A stretch of DNA of 64,000 bases from Lama guanicoe (Eukaryota), in NCBI GenBank assembly GCA_013239625.1, contig MU054187.1, positions 5,715,757 through 5,779,756 of the forward strand, in the 5' to 3' direction. Positions within the stretch are counted from its first letter, which is position 1. The number at the start of each line of letters is the position of its first letter. The notes under the pieces were generated by a model. It worked only from the letters and a program-made list of their open reading frames with translations. It did not search any database and had not been told where the DNA came from. The position numbers were made by a program, and so were the translations under genes. This document shows, piece after piece, positions 26,470 through 40,135 of this stretch.

Positions 26470-28100
26470 CTTTTTATATCAAAATTATACATGCACCCAG
26501 TTTAAAGAGTTAACTAGTCCTAAAGGGTTTGTTACAAAAACTATCAGTCCCTTGTCCCAAACGTCACCCACCTTCTCCTCCTCAACTCTTTTAGCTGATT
26601 ATTTTATTGACAACCATAATTGGTGCGATTGTATTATTCCTTTTCAGTTTTCTGTTTTAGTATTGCCTGTCAACTTTCCCCATGGAGAATGACAATGTGA
26701 CCCTTTCCTTTCCTCCTGCCAGCCCCCCAGCCCCTACACTCACACACACAAACACACACACACACACATCACCCATACACTGTAAACCCTTCTCTTCACT
26801 CCACGCTCCCAAGACAATTATAGAGTAATTGTGGTTGGATCAATATTTAACTCAGTCAATAATATTCTATTACTGCAATGATGTAAATGTAAACAAATAA
26901 GTTCCATGTATTAATATATCATGAATTTTCCTTTTCTGTACAACTTTTTGTTTTCTCTAGAATGAATAAATATCTTGAGGTTTTTTTTTTTCTACTTTAG
27001 TCTTCAATGGATTCCATCTAAAATGGCCTACAGTTGTCTGACTCTCCTCTCAAGAAGTTAAGACATCATGCAGTCTATCAACTTCATCTTCCAGAAGCTG
27101 TTCTGGAACCTTCTCATCTGCTCGCATCTGGACTCACACCCTCTATGCCAACAGCCTCACCTCACCACCATTCTGGGAACCTCCCTTGTCCTTCTCCGTT
27201 GTCGGGTTCCCCATTTCCTGAATCCCACGTATGTTTTCTTGGCTGACTCCATTTTGGTGAAGCACATCTTGCAGTCACTCCCTGGGAAGTAAATTTTCAA
27301 TGACCTTGGTATCTGGCCATGACTATTGAAAGCATGCCTGGGTCAGGGACTGCAGGTGGGTTGCAAGTTTCCCTCAGAATTCTTAAGATCCTGCTTCCCT
27401 GACTTTTAACTTCCAGTATGCTGTTGGGAAATCTGATGATCAAATTCCAAAGCGTGACTGGGACATTGAGCTGCACACTGGAGATTGACACACTGGAATG
27501 GACTGTACTTCAATTTAAAAAATTAACAAATAAATTCCAGGTTATTTCTGACTTTTTTTCTCCCTGTAATTTCTCCCTCGCTGTTCAGAAGTTTCACAGT
27601 GACAGTGCCTTGGTGTGGGTATATTCTGACCTACGACACTAAAAGTTCAGGGGGTCTTTCCAATTTGTAAATTTATGCCTATGAGTTCTGAGAAAATGTT
27701 CTGAATGATTTTGTTGCTGGTCCTGTTCCAAATCTCCTCTGCTGTCTCTATAGATTTCCTATTATTTAGGTAACAGACCTCTTAGATTGTCCTCCAATTT
27801 TCTTATTTTATTCTCTCCTGTTTTTGCTTGAGAGCTCTTATGAGAAATATCTTCAATTCTGCCTTCTGATTCTGCTATACATTTTTTCATTTTTGCTATT
27901 ATGTTTCCAATTTCCGAACATTTTTGTTTTTTCCCCTGATATTCCTTTTTTAAACAGCATCCTCATCCTGTCTCAGGGTTACAATTTCTTTCCTTACTTC
28001 TCTGAAGATAGGAATGATTACCTTTTTGAAGTTTTTCTTTTCCTCAGTATTTATTTTTTATCCCTTGCCTTCTTCCATTTGTTTTGGGCTCTTATACGTA
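26470..28100 (-). mobile_element. Old, fragmented L1 in reverse orientation (boundaries approximate)
   Basis: T-rich strand bias with L1 ORF1-like reverse motifs (TTCCAGTATGCTGTTGGGAAATCTGATG, AGTTCTGAGAAAATGTTCTGAATGATT, TTCCTATTATTTAGG). Confidence 0.55.
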
Positions 28101-29859
28101 ATAGGCCTTTTTCAGGTACTTGTAACTGTTCATCCCTGAAAATGGGAACAGCTGCTCCAAGAAAACCAGAGCAGAGGCTCTGAGCACCTGGGGAGGCTCA
28201 CCTGTCCTGCCCTCACTCCAGGGTGAGCCGGTAGGGCTGTTTCATTAGAGAAGTTCCTGGGCTTGTTCCGATCTTCCAGAAAGATCCCTCCGGCCCCCAC
28301 CTGAGTAGAGGTCTTTCTGCCAGGACGCTGATGGCCGGGTCGGGGAGGAGGAGCACGTGAGGTGTGAGGATGCCATTTAATCACTACTTTCGATGAAATA
28401 TTCTGATCCTCAGTCGTGCCTCTGTCCTCTGAGGGAGATACCCTCTCTCTGCCACAGCATAACGACCTCCAGGATCCACCACAGACTGGGAGGGGACTTG
28501 GAGATGTAAATGCTTCCCAAACAGCTAGTCACAAATCCAGACAATGTCAGCCTCCTTTCACTCCAACATCCAGAGGTGTCTTGCCACCAGCTCCCGACAC
28601 TCTCAGAGAGTCTGCCACATAAGCAGCCTGGCCCCTCAGACCTGCTCCATCCATCACCACACGACCACCTGCTTCCAGCTTCCAGAACATTGTTGCTGCT
28701 GCCTATTTTGTTTTCTCTACTCTTGTAGGTTTTTGAACTTAAAAAGAAAAGTCTCCTTCCTGTTACTTTAATGCGCTTTGTGGTGGAAACGAAATTGCCT
28801 TTTTGTTTAATTGATTATCATAATTTGATTAAAAAGTTTCTTTTTGATACCATTGTATATTTTCTAAACTTCCTATAATAACTCTACTTACTTGGTACTC
28901 AGAATATAAATTTATTTGGTAAAACAATCTAAAGAAATGACACCTTGAATACACAAAGGTAATTAGGCTGACTCTCTCCCCTTTGGGACTTCCTCCAAAT
29001 ATCCATTTATCTACATATAAAAAGAAAGCTTAACTATAAAAAGGACTTTTCTATTATACAATGATCATTGTTCATAATGAGACCTTGAAGTATGGCCACA
29101 ATCCTCAGAAGCTGCCTAAATCATCAGCTATTTCAGTATAATTATAACAGACGCTACCTTTCCTGTGACTATTTCTGAACCTTAAATTATCTCCTGTGAA
29201 GAAACCCTAGGGAATGAGTGCAAATCGAATCACCATTGGAGAATTTCCTGAAAAGCTATCAAAAATAAAAAAGCACCTGTGCACACGTGTCCTTCCCAGA
29301 GGCCACTGCAGGTCCCGGAGGGGCTGACTTCGCTTCTACTGAGCTGGCTCAGCTAACGGATAACCCACTAGCACGACCCTCTTTAAGTGAGATGATTCAG
29401 CGTAAAACCTCCAAAAGAAGAACCCTTTAAGAAACAGCTGGACGTGAAGGCTGCCTTTTGGAAGCCTCTCCTTCCCCTGTCCGCTAGGACAACACTCTCG
29501 GGCAGTCTTCTTGTGCTGCTTGGGTTTGGAGTTAGCTGTGTCCCCTGACTCAGTCCCAGTGCCAGGCTCTAAGTTTACGCTGATAACGTTGATATTTGCA
29601 CACAGTCCCTAGAACACGGCCGCACGTGACACAGAAGGTTAAAAATAAATGTCTTTCTGTTACAAGCAAGGGCAGATAGTCACCTACTTTTTCAATGCAC
29701 TCATTAATAACAGTATGCGGTCAGGAGGAAGGAAAATAAAGAGAATAAGAAAGGGAAAGGAAGAGGCTAACAATGTCAACTGCTTCTGAAGCTCTGAAGG
29801 ACAGAAGATGGAAAAGATGCCACAGGCTCTGGAAATGGAAAGCCAGGCAAATCAGAAAT

Positions 29860-31260
29860 AAGAAGGTGGTACCAGATGTCACTGCTAATTATTTAACATT
29901 ATTCTGGGTGCTCTGGACGGTACAATAAAATATGAACAATTAAAATTAGAAAGGAAAAGATGAAATTCTCATTATTCACAGATGTGATCAGGGTCTATTT
30001 AGAAAACTCAAAGCAGTCAGCTAAAAATGTTACTGGAAACTATATGAAAGGTTGGTAAGAAAGCCAAGGACAAACTTAAGCGGTTATTTTTTTCCCATGG
30101 AAAAATACCAACCAGTACAAAAATGTAATGGGAAATGGCACCAGTCAAAATTGACGATGGTAACAAAACAACAGTAATGAGAGTCAGAGCCCGCATGGAT
30201 TGAGTGCCAACCCCCTGCTAAGCACCGTGCTATGCATTTTACCATATTTCACTTAATCCTCACATCTCTAGGAGATGCGACTCTCAGTACCCCCACTTCA
30301 TAGATGAGGAAACTGAGGCTGAAAGAATGGCAATAATTGGCCCACACTGTGGAGCAGCAGGTGGAAATGTCAGGTTCCCCATCAAGCCACACCCCAGGCT
30401 GATCCCGGAGCCCAAATGCCCATCCTGTAGTAAATCTACTGACAGGAGAGAACTGTACAACATCTGAACAATGTAAAATCTTTAGGAAACACAGACCTAC
30501 GCATTGCTCCTTGATAGAAAAATTCAACGCTGTAAAGACACCAATTCTCCTTAAATCACTCTACATGTTCAACGCAATCCAAGTAGAACATTCACCAAGA
30601 TGCTTCTTCTCTCGTCCTCTTTCTCTCTCCTTTCCTCACCCTCTCTTTTATTCTTTGTTTCAGTCCTTCTGATAAAATGATGCTACAGCTTATCTGGAAG
30701 AACAAAGCATGTGGAAATAGGAAGAGCCTGCAGAAGAGATTAGTGAGGGACCTAGTGCTACCAAACACTGGAATACACAACAACGCCACAGATGCGGTGG
30801 TCGGTGCCCACGAGTAGTCAGGTTAATGCAACACAACAGGGAATTCAGGAATGAAACCAAGTGTTCACCGAAATACTTACTATGTATGTAACAAAGTTAT
30901 GTTTAATCATATTGGCAAGGCGTTAAAAAAAAAGTAAAAACACTCAATGTTGGAGAAGGTGAAGAAAATCGTGCAGTTTGGACAGATGGTCAGTGGGAAC
31001 ATAAAGTAATACAATTTGCATATAGACAGTATTACAATGAAAACTCTGACCCAGTAACCTCATTACTAAGACGTTTTTAAGGAAACACAGGCATATCTTA
31101 ACCACAGTACTGCTGATTATAGCAAAGTACTGGAAATGACTTAGAATGGACAATGACAGAGGAACAGCTCAATCAATTTCAGCACATAATTAAAGGCAAC
31201 TTACATACAGTCATTAAAAGTATGACATATCTCTACTGAATGACATGAAAAGATATATCA
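29860..31260 (+). mobile_element. Old L1 ORF2 fragments interrupted by a MIR at ~30170-30420
   Basis: ATTTAACATTATTCTGG...ATTATTCACAGATG...TAGAAAACTCAAA (RT LFxDD region) and GTAAAGACACCAATTCTCC. The MIR core CAGATGAGGAAACTGAGGC variant is at ~30300. Confidence 0.6.
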
Positions 31261-31369
31261 GACAGAAAAATATCCTGCATAATATAATTCCATAAGGGAC
31301 ATTATATGTCTACATGTGCTAATAAGATAGATGCCCAGAGAGAAATCACAAGAACAAAACTTGTGATGA

Positions 31370-31580
31370 AGGTAACATTTATTAAATACTTACACGTGGA
31401 CCAAAAATATGTCAAGCACTTTAACTGCATTATCCCTTAGTATTGCCACAACCACCCTATGAGGTCGGCACTACTATGGCCTTCTTTTACGTGGTGAAAA
31501 TAGAGACTTAGAGACGATAGCAACTTTTTCAAGGTCACACACAGCCAATGAGTGGTGGAGTCAGGATGGTACCCAAGCCA
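31370..31580 (-). mobile_element. MIR SINE
   Basis: AACATTTATTAAATACTTAC...CACAACCACCCTATGAGGT...CAAGGTCACACACAGCCAATGAGTGGTGGAG. Confidence 0.7.
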
Positions 31581-32079
31581 TCCCCCACCGCGCCACGGGG
31601 GGAGCCTCCGTGTCCACCCAGCGCTGGAGACGGCGGCCCCAGAGAGGAGGGTCTGAGGGATGCTGGCTGCTTTTTCATTTTGTTCTGTATGATTTGAATC
31701 TTCTGCCAGGAACACGTATTATATTTTGAGACAGAGGAACAGAGAACAAAAAGAGAAATTAAAGCAATTGCCTCAGCAATTTCAATAGGTTGATGGAGAT
31801 GAACACATTTCAGGAAAGCGAGGAGTGAAAAGGAGACGGGAAAGAAGTGGAAAGTATACACAGTGGGACTGAAAGGGGGCAAAAGCCCCTCCCATCCACG
31901 GCGTAAGTATAAACTAGCATGACCCTTCGGCAGGGTGTCTCAGCGGTGTGCCACCAAAAATGAAAGCACGTGTGTCCTTTTCCCCCAGAAATCTCCTTCC
32001 CAGGGACCTCCCGAAAGAGATGAGGAGGCAGAGTTACACGGGGACTTCGTAACTGTCTGCCTTTCATTATCCGAAATGC

Positions 32080-32290
32080 GGTCTAGTGAAAGGGCTCCGG
32101 GCTTGCAGTTCAGCCTCCCTGGGAGTGAATCCCTGATCTGCACGATGCTGGCTGTGACCTTGAGGAAGCTACTCAGCCCCTCTTAGCCTCGGTGTCTGTA
32201 TCTCTAAAATGAAAACAAAAACACACACCTCACAGGATAGCTGTGAGGATGACGAGAGATAAAATACAGCCCAGTGTCTGAAACGTGAAG
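32080..32290 (+). mobile_element. MIR SINE
   Basis: GGCTGTGACCTTGAGGAAGCTACTCAGCCCCTCTTAGCCTCGGTGTCTGTATCTCTAAAATG...ACCTCACAGGATAGCTGTGAGGAT. Confidence 0.75.
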
Positions 32291-35200
32291 TATCCGTTAT
32301 CTCCCCTCCACCACCCACTAGTATGTGCAACTCAGAGCGGGTGTGTAAATGTGAACCAGAACTCTAGGATACGCCATTCTGCTTGGTGTATTCCACCTCA
32401 CTCTGTGTCCAAGTACCACAAAACAGTAAATCTGCCTTTTAAAGTCATTCGGAAGCAGACCTATGCTACGATACTTTTGACACTTTCTCAATCTCAGTTA
32501 GCACTAAACTAATTAACCAAACTGTTGGCTACACTGGAGTGAGTCACATCTTTCTTCCTTCTCCGCCATCCCTGGTGTGTTGTAAGGGTGATTGAGTATC
32601 TAATTACTTCTTAATTGAATGCACATATTATGCATTTTTCTCTAGTTCAAGCTTAATGCTTTTAGTTCAGAAATCCAAGTCAATGAAATTAAGCTGGGTT
32701 GGGATTTGCATAACTATTATAATGAGAGAAGGTTTGTATTCTGCCTAATTATAAGTAAATGTGGGTTTTAGCATTATTTCCTATGGAAATATTTCAGATA
32801 CAGGAATCTGCCATAAATGACCAATTTAGATGATTAATAACATTGTTATTCTTATTTATAACCTTTTATTCCTCATTACAGTGATTTTATTGCTGGGACT
32901 CACTAAGTACAATCATTCTTTAAAGAAAAGATACCATTAGGGAACCATTGGTTCTACTCATACTAAAATCAGAATGAACATCCGTATCTGTGAAAAATTA
33001 CATGAGTTTCTCTGCACCATAAAGGTTACAGGACCTCTCACATGGTGTAAACAAGAAAAACATAAACCTGGGAATCCTTGGAATGCAACCAGTTACGTTA
33101 ATCAGAAATACTCATTTACGGCAAACCATAAAAAATATTACTATCAAAATGGTGTTCTGATTCAGTGAATACTTTACCAGGAGAGTATTTCACGAGGCTT
33201 TTTTTTTTTCCTTCTGCAGTATGCAGGAGTCAAAAGACCTCTGAAGCAGGAATCTCACACAACAAAGATCTGCTTGCTTGCTTGTTTCTAGATATGGAGC
33301 AACCATCTGTAATAATTTAAAGATCTCTTCAAGCAGAAGCCTAGATTAAATGCCTTTTGGGATCCAATTCAACTCCATGCTTCTAAGATGCCTATGAAAA
33401 CAGTCTCTGCAGACAATCCCTAAAAACCTTTATGAGTTTGTAACCACCAAAAGCACAAGAATTCAGAAATTCTGCAGGAGTTTAAAGAAACACTGGAATA
33501 GAAAACAGACCCATCCAAAGCCAAGGTGGACTTATTCTTTTAACAATTAATTTCCTTTGATAATGGTGTTATGCAGAGGCAACATTCTTGATTGGAGAAG
33601 CCTCCATATTATCCAACAAGTATTTCAGATTCTGTCCAAGATATGAGCCCTTGTCTAGACTATTTTAGCCTGGTATGCCACCAAAACGAGTTTTAACTGG
33701 CATGTTTGCTTAATTAAAATGAAAAGAGCCAAAAAAAAGAATAAGGCAAATCCATTTGTACTAACATAGAAATATTTCCAAGACCTATGCAGCTGAATTG
33801 ACAATCTTTCGGTACAGCATATTTTTAAAAAATACTTTTCAAAATGTATCACCCTTGTCAGGGGCATGGCAGTAGATACCTTTCTTACATGGTTTCTTCT
33901 TTCACTTCCCCTCTTCTCCTCTTCGAGAGATGGCTTCTATCCCTAACAAAGGGTTGGGGCAGGTAAGTCCCTCCTGACTCTCACGCCATGACCCCATCAT
34001 CGCCCTCAGATCACTCCATTTCTGTGCTGTGATTTCAGATTTCCTAGGTTTTGCTCTATATGTGAGCTCTCTGCTATATACGTTCATCAGAGCATAACTG
34101 TCACAAAATAAAGTGAAAATAGCTTTTTTTTAAAAGGTAGGTCAGGGGACGTCAGTCTTTTGATCACGTCTCTGTATTTCCTTGGTAACTGCTAACATCC
34201 AGCTACAGATCAATAGATCTAATGCAGGTAAATTTTCCAAAGCCCATTTTCAAAAGACTCTTCACCTTCATAGCTGAGACATTTAAATCAGATGCCAGTA
34301 AACCTGCCTCCCACTGTGGACGGAAATAACAAACCACAGTACCGCCACCAGCCCCCAACAGATGTCACCGATGAGTCATGTCACTTTCCCACTGTGCTCA
34401 GCTGTGGATGCAGAATCCTCCTTAACACTCTCGAGACAGCTCACACCAATCAATCAGAGCTCACACACAAGGCTGAGTGCACTACGTCCTCTGTGTCTTT
34501 TATTTTTATAAATCTTTCTCCATCAATCCTACGTGGAAGAGAGGGAGGGTGTTCCTGCAACAGCCTAAGGGACAGCCAATTTATGGTTTCTGGTTTGTGA
34601 TGGCAGAGATGGAGACACGGGTGGATGTGGGAGCTTCCAGAAGGCGACTCTGCAAAACTGGATGACAGGCTGGAAACGTGAGGTGAGGCGGGGAAGAGAA
34701 ATGTCAACCATGACTTGAATTTCTAAGAAAACTGGAAGAAAGTCAAGTCTGGGAAGGAAGATCACAGATTCAGTCTTTCACACGGTGAGTGTCAGATGTC
34801 TCTGACACATCTGAAAGGAAAGTTGTGCCAACAGTTGTGCATCCAATTCTAGAACTTAACAGAGGGACCCGGGGTCGGGGTATAACTGAGCGGCCCCTCT
34901 GCATTCAGTGCCAACAGCAGCCGTGGATGCTTCACCCACAAAGAGAGCAGCCCTGCAGGCTGAGGGGTGAGGACTCCAGTGGCAGGTGGGCTCCTGGGAG
35001 GCCCCCGGCAGCGCTGTGCTTCCACTGTTCCCGAATTCTAGGATGAAGATGCTCTCTTAGCCTCTGCGAACGTCATCACGGAAAAGAGAAACCAGAAGGA
35101 ACAGGCTGTAAATGAGGAGGACGCTGAAGTGAATGCTTCTTCGTGAATAAAGTTTTCTAAACACGTCTCAAACTGGAAAAATAAAATTTAAAAATTGATT

Positions 35201-36428
35201 TGAGGAAATTACCAGAAATGAGCACCCATGGGGAAAAAGACATAATACAACATGTTTAGATGAGATAATCTGGTCCCAGTAATTTTCTTATGAAAAACAT
35301 ATTAAGTTTAAAGTCATGAAATCTACTATATTTAAGATATCATAGTATATTAATGTTCAACAGACAAGCTGGCCCATGACTGCAAAATGTTCTCTTTTCT
35401 TTGTCCCAAACACAATTCTGTTTGAATTCATCGAGGGGGAGGGCAGAAAAAAAAATAAATCTTTCAGGGATTTTTATCTACAATAAATTATTAACATTCC
35501 TAATACATAAAAAAGAAGCAAGGACTACTTTCTTTCTTTAGTAATCTTGAAGAAATGTCTATACAGCTTTGATATTTTTCATTCTTGGGTTAGTAACAAT
35601 TTTTATATCACACAAAGCATAATAGATCGGTTGAGCACCCCTAGTATTTTGGCCTTTTCCTGAAATCATTTTTGAAATCCTCAAGGAAATCCATTCCATT
35701 GTCAGGAAATTCTATGTAAGACAGTAAACAGAAAACAGCTATATCCACTGAGCTTTCATTTCCCACCCTAATGCTGCACATCGTGTTAAACTATTAGAGT
35801 GCGGCGAGTCCAAGTTCTATTGACTGAAAATATGGCTTTGAGCCTTCCATTTATCCTGGAAGGATAATAGCTTTTACCTACTTGGTCATTCAGAGTTGGC
35901 ATTATCCCTTCCCCATACAGCCCCTCCTTTTCTATAATGTCTTAGCCTTTTCTAACCTGTAACTCTGCTAGGTTAGAAAAGAAACCTGATCTGAAGTTGA
36001 TGCCAGCTATAGCTTTATTAACGCTAAGAAGACAACATTATTAATTGCACAAATATCCTTGGGGAAGAGTTCAGTGCAGTCTCCGATGTGACTTCAAAGA
36101 CCCAGGAAACGTCTTTGCCTAAAAACGTGGACAAGTTTGACAAAAGGATCAGAGATATTTATTTAATAATCCTTATTTTTTCTTCTTCCTTTTTTCTGTT
36201 TTTTTTCCCCTAATCTATTTAGGACACTTATATTTTCCCCTCTGAAGGGGGAAAGGGAGACTATTTAAAGAGCTTTGTGGCACTGTTTTTCACAGGAAAC
36301 AAATAATTATAATTAATTACAGTCACTGTAAACATGTGTTTACAGTATCTCAGTTTAACAATATTTGAGTCGCAGTGGGAACAGGCAAGTCTTTGAACAG
36401 CCAGAACAGCTTTTTAAGATGGGTTCCT

Positions 36429-36560
36429 GGGGGAACAGCATAGCTCAAATGATAGAGCGTGCGCTTAGCACGGACGAGGTGCTGGGTTCAAGCCCCAGCA
36501 CCTCATCCAAAAATAAACAAACCTAATTACCCCCAAAAAATAAATAATAAATAAATGAAA
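36429..36560 (+). mobile_element. tRNA-Ala-derived camelid SINE (Vic-1-like), more diverged copy
   Basis: GCATAGCTCAAATGATAGAGCGTGCGCTTAGCACGGACGAGGTGCTGGGTTCAAGCCCCAGCACCTC...AAACAAACCTAATTACCCCC plus an A-rich tail. Confidence 0.8.
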
Positions 36561-37622
36561 ATAGGCTACTACTTAATGAAACAAACAGAAAAATAATCAT
36601 TTCATTGGAAGGTTAGTACCAATATTAGCAAGTAAACTGGACATAAAGCTGGGTCTTACTTCGGTTTACTGTTACTGAGATTTGGTTCTCCTATGTCGAT
36701 CAGAAAGTTCAATTCAAATTGGCCCCCAGAAATCTGAACTAGCCCTGCACCTGGGTGAGTTATATGCTAATTCTTTAAACAAGTACAAAACCATCGTTCA
36801 ATCTTCCTAAATGGTGATATAAAAAGTCACAGATTATTCATGGGAATAGTAAGTCTTGGTTATCAAAACCCTCCAGATGTCTAGACATGTCATGCAAAAA
36901 AAAATGTCATTTTAAGTCCAAAAACTAAAGTTATTTTAGTAAAACGTAGCTGAAATAAATCTGAATTATTTTGAACATTTTTTAGAGAACCATCAGGAAA
37001 AAAGGGTTTTTTTCCTTTTCAGTTCCAAGAGCTTAAATGAAACATTCATGCATTAAATTCAAAGTCTGACTGTCAAATCATTTCACTTTAATAAAAATTT
37101 GAATTACCTGCCTTAGGGCATTATTAAATATCAAATAAAAAGCACACATCCATAAGTCTGATTTCCCAATATAATTTTTATGTAGAAGTATGACTAGATT
37201 TGTATTACACATTTCAAGATAAAAGGATCAAAAATGTATTCATAAAAGGGTGAAGACAGAATTGAAGTCGTCTTTGAAAGAATTTCTGCACCATTCTTAG
37301 GAATTTTGTTAAAAAATGACCCCCTTTTAAGTAATCTCAGCCACAAAAACAGGGAAATAAATCCATCCTCTTTCTTAAAATATCTAAACTATAATTATTA
37401 AGACTGAAAATTACACATTATCTTCCTATCATATAATGAATATGAAGTATGTGAAATATATGTAATCTTCTCATAAACATTTCAGAGTGTGTGTGTGTGT
37501 GTGTAAGAGAGGGATAAAATAGCGAAGGCTATTTAGTTATTTAGAGGCAAGTCTGGTGTAAGGCCAGACATGGATCAAAAATTCAAGGCAATAATCTTAT
37601 TTCATAAAAAGTATCATTTTCA

Positions 37623-38112
37623 TATTACTCAGCCATAAAAAAGAATAAAATAATGCCATTTGCTGCAACATGGATGGACCTAGAGATCGTCATTCTAATT
37701 GAAGTAAGTCAGAAAGAGAAAGAAAAATACCATATGGTAACACTCATATGTGGAATCTAAAAAAAAAAAAAGGAAAAGAAAAAAAGGACATTATGAACTA
37801 ACCTACAAAACAGAAACAGACTCGTAGACATAGTAAACAATCTTATGTTTACTGGAGAAAGGGGGTAGGAAGGGATAAATTTGGGAGTTTCAGATCTGCA
37901 AATGTTAGCCACTACATATAAAAATAAATTTAAAAAAACAAGTTTCTTCTGTATAGCACAGGGAACTATATTCAATATCTTGTAATAACCTTTAATGAAA
38001 ATGAATATATGTATGTATATGCATGGCTGGAACACTGCTGTACACCAGAAATTGACACATTGTAACTGACTGTACACCAATAAAAAATAAAATAAAATAA
38101 ATTTTTAAAAAG
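37623..38112 (+). mobile_element. Young 5'-truncated L1 with an 18-bp TSD
   Basis: TATTACTCAGCCATAAAAAAGAAT...GCAACATGGATGGACCTAGAG...TATAGCACAGGGAACTATATTC plus an A-rich tail. TSD TAAAAAGTATCA(T/C)TTTCA at 37605-37622 and 38113-38130. Confidence 0.92.
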
Positions 38113-38549
38113 TAAAAAGTATCACTTTCAGTTACCAATCCAGCAAGCAGGCATACCAAACCTACTGAAGCAATCCATAAATTCATGTTCAGCAAACCTC
38201 ACTGCACCTCACTGCCTGCCCCTCTTACTGGGTCGTGCCTGTGAGCCCCTTCCACCCTCCCTCTGCTTCAATCTCCCACCCTCCCTCTGCTCTCACCATT
38301 TTTACCCCATTTTGCCTCAAACAGTAAAGTGAGTCATGAATCACTATCTATAAACCACCCCCTCCAGCCTTCATATTACAGCACAGAAAGTGTCCTTTCT
38401 CTTAGCCAAAGTCAGTCTCTGTCTGTTTAGGATCCTGCTCAATTTTTCAGAGACTTTCCTGCTGGGATTAGCCCCTCTGAGAATCAGCAACTTCAGCTCC
38501 TCCCGTCCACCGGCTCGCTCCCCTCACAGAGAGAAGTTCTGGTACTTCT

Positions 38550-38885
38550 TAGCACAGGGAACTACATTCAGTGCCTACAATAGCCTATAATGAGAAAGAA
38601 TATGAACAGGAATATATATGTACGTATAACTGAATCACTATGCTGTACACTGGAAATTAATACAACGTTGTAAACTGACTATATTTCAACAAAAAAAAAT
38701 TTTTAATAAAATTAAAAAGTCTCATTCTCACCTCAAAAAAAGAAATGATATATATGCAACATGATAGAGCTGTCAGTCCACACTAAGGCAGTAATCAAAT
38801 TGTAATAGAAAAATGTATCAAATCAATACACATCCTATACCTTAAACTTATACAATGTTATATGCCAATTTTATCTCGGCTGGAA
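38550..38885 (+). mobile_element. Two adjacent short L1 3' ends
   Basis: TAGCACAGGGAACTAC...GAATCACTATGCTGTACAC plus an A tail, followed by TATACCTTAAACTTATACAATGTTATATGCCAATTTTATCTC. Confidence 0.75.
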
Positions 38886-39269
38886 AAGAAGACCCCTTCA
38901 GTCCCAACCCCTGTCTGTTGCTGCAGCCTTCTGCTCCCTCCCCACCCAGCTTTATCAAGAGCTGCCATCACAAGGTGCCCCCACCTCCTCCCTTCACACT
39001 CGACGTCTGGCTCATGCAACACGCATGCCCCATCAGCCTGCCATCCTGCCCACCAGCGTGGGGACGCTCTGCCAGCCAGGCTGCCTGCGTCCAGCTTCCA
39101 GTTCCGATGCTCAGTGACTGAGTTACTTTGGGCAAATGACCTAACCTCTCTGTCTTTGGTTACCTTGTCCTAAAGTATCACCTAAGATGTTATGAACGCC
39201 TGAGGTCAACCCTAGGTAGCTTTAGAACATTATACCTACACATCTGCGTACAATCTCTCTGCCAACGAC

Positions 39270-40135
39270 TCCCCCATTGACTTCAGACCTTTTTTGATCT
39301 CCACTCTCGAAAATTCCAGCTGCCTTCATGACGGGTCCACTATTGTGATTGATAAGCCTTGCCCCTCTCTCTCCATCTCAGACGGAGCCTCCTCCAGCTT
39401 TCCTGTTGCCACGCAATGGCATTCTGTTCACACAGTTTCTAAAGCCCCAAGCTCCAGAAGTTTCCTTTGGTATTTCCCTCTCCTTCTGCCCTCGCCCAGT
39501 TTATCACCAGATGTCACTTGCAATGGCTCTTTCACGCATGTTAACCTCTCTCCACCTGCAATGCTCCTATTCGAGCATCCAGCCGCCATGCCTTCACCAG
39601 GCTACCCAGTGGACTTCTACAATTCCCTTCTACTCCTGGCCTGGCCCACAGGAATCCAGCCCACTCATTCTCCAGCCACTGTGATCTCCTGACAACATAC
39701 ATGGATCAGGTCACACCCCTGAGAACCCTTAGGGGGTCTCCACATGATGAAATGAAGATGTCTTAACTTGGCTGACAAGGCCGTCCGACAGGGGCCCTGC
39801 CTGACTTGCCCCTTGATTTCCATCCTCCAGACCCTCCGGGCGTCTTCCAGGTACCCCGGTGCTTCAGATTCTCCCCATCTCCACAGGGAGTGGCCCCTCG
39901 GGTCTTGGCAAAAGACATTCCCTCTGTCTGAAATCCCTTTCACTCTCTTTCTTTGTTCTTTTCATTTATGGAATTCATCACAATGTGTTTACGTGTATTT
40001 TTGAAGTGTTTGTTCTGCCATCATCAGACTCCCTAGCTGAGACTTTTAGGAGGGAGGGTGGAGACCATATCTTTTCTTTTCAGCTCTGGATACACAGAAC
40101 CAATCCCAAAGTCAATGTTCAATGATTTTCTGATT
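39270..40135 (+). mobile_element. L2 LINE 3' region, decayed
   Basis: Pyrimidine-rich, with L2-like segments (GTGGACTTCTACAATTCCCTTCTA, ATGGATCAGGTCACACCCCTG, ACATTCCCTCTGTCTGAAATCCCTTTC) and a tail TCAATGATTTTCTGATTGAAT. Confidence 0.6.

Noticed and set aside
35947..35981. 12-bp inverted repeat CTTTTCTAACCT...AGGTTAGAAAAG as a miRNA or structured RNA
   Set aside because: The stem is too short for a pre-miRNA and has no supporting context.
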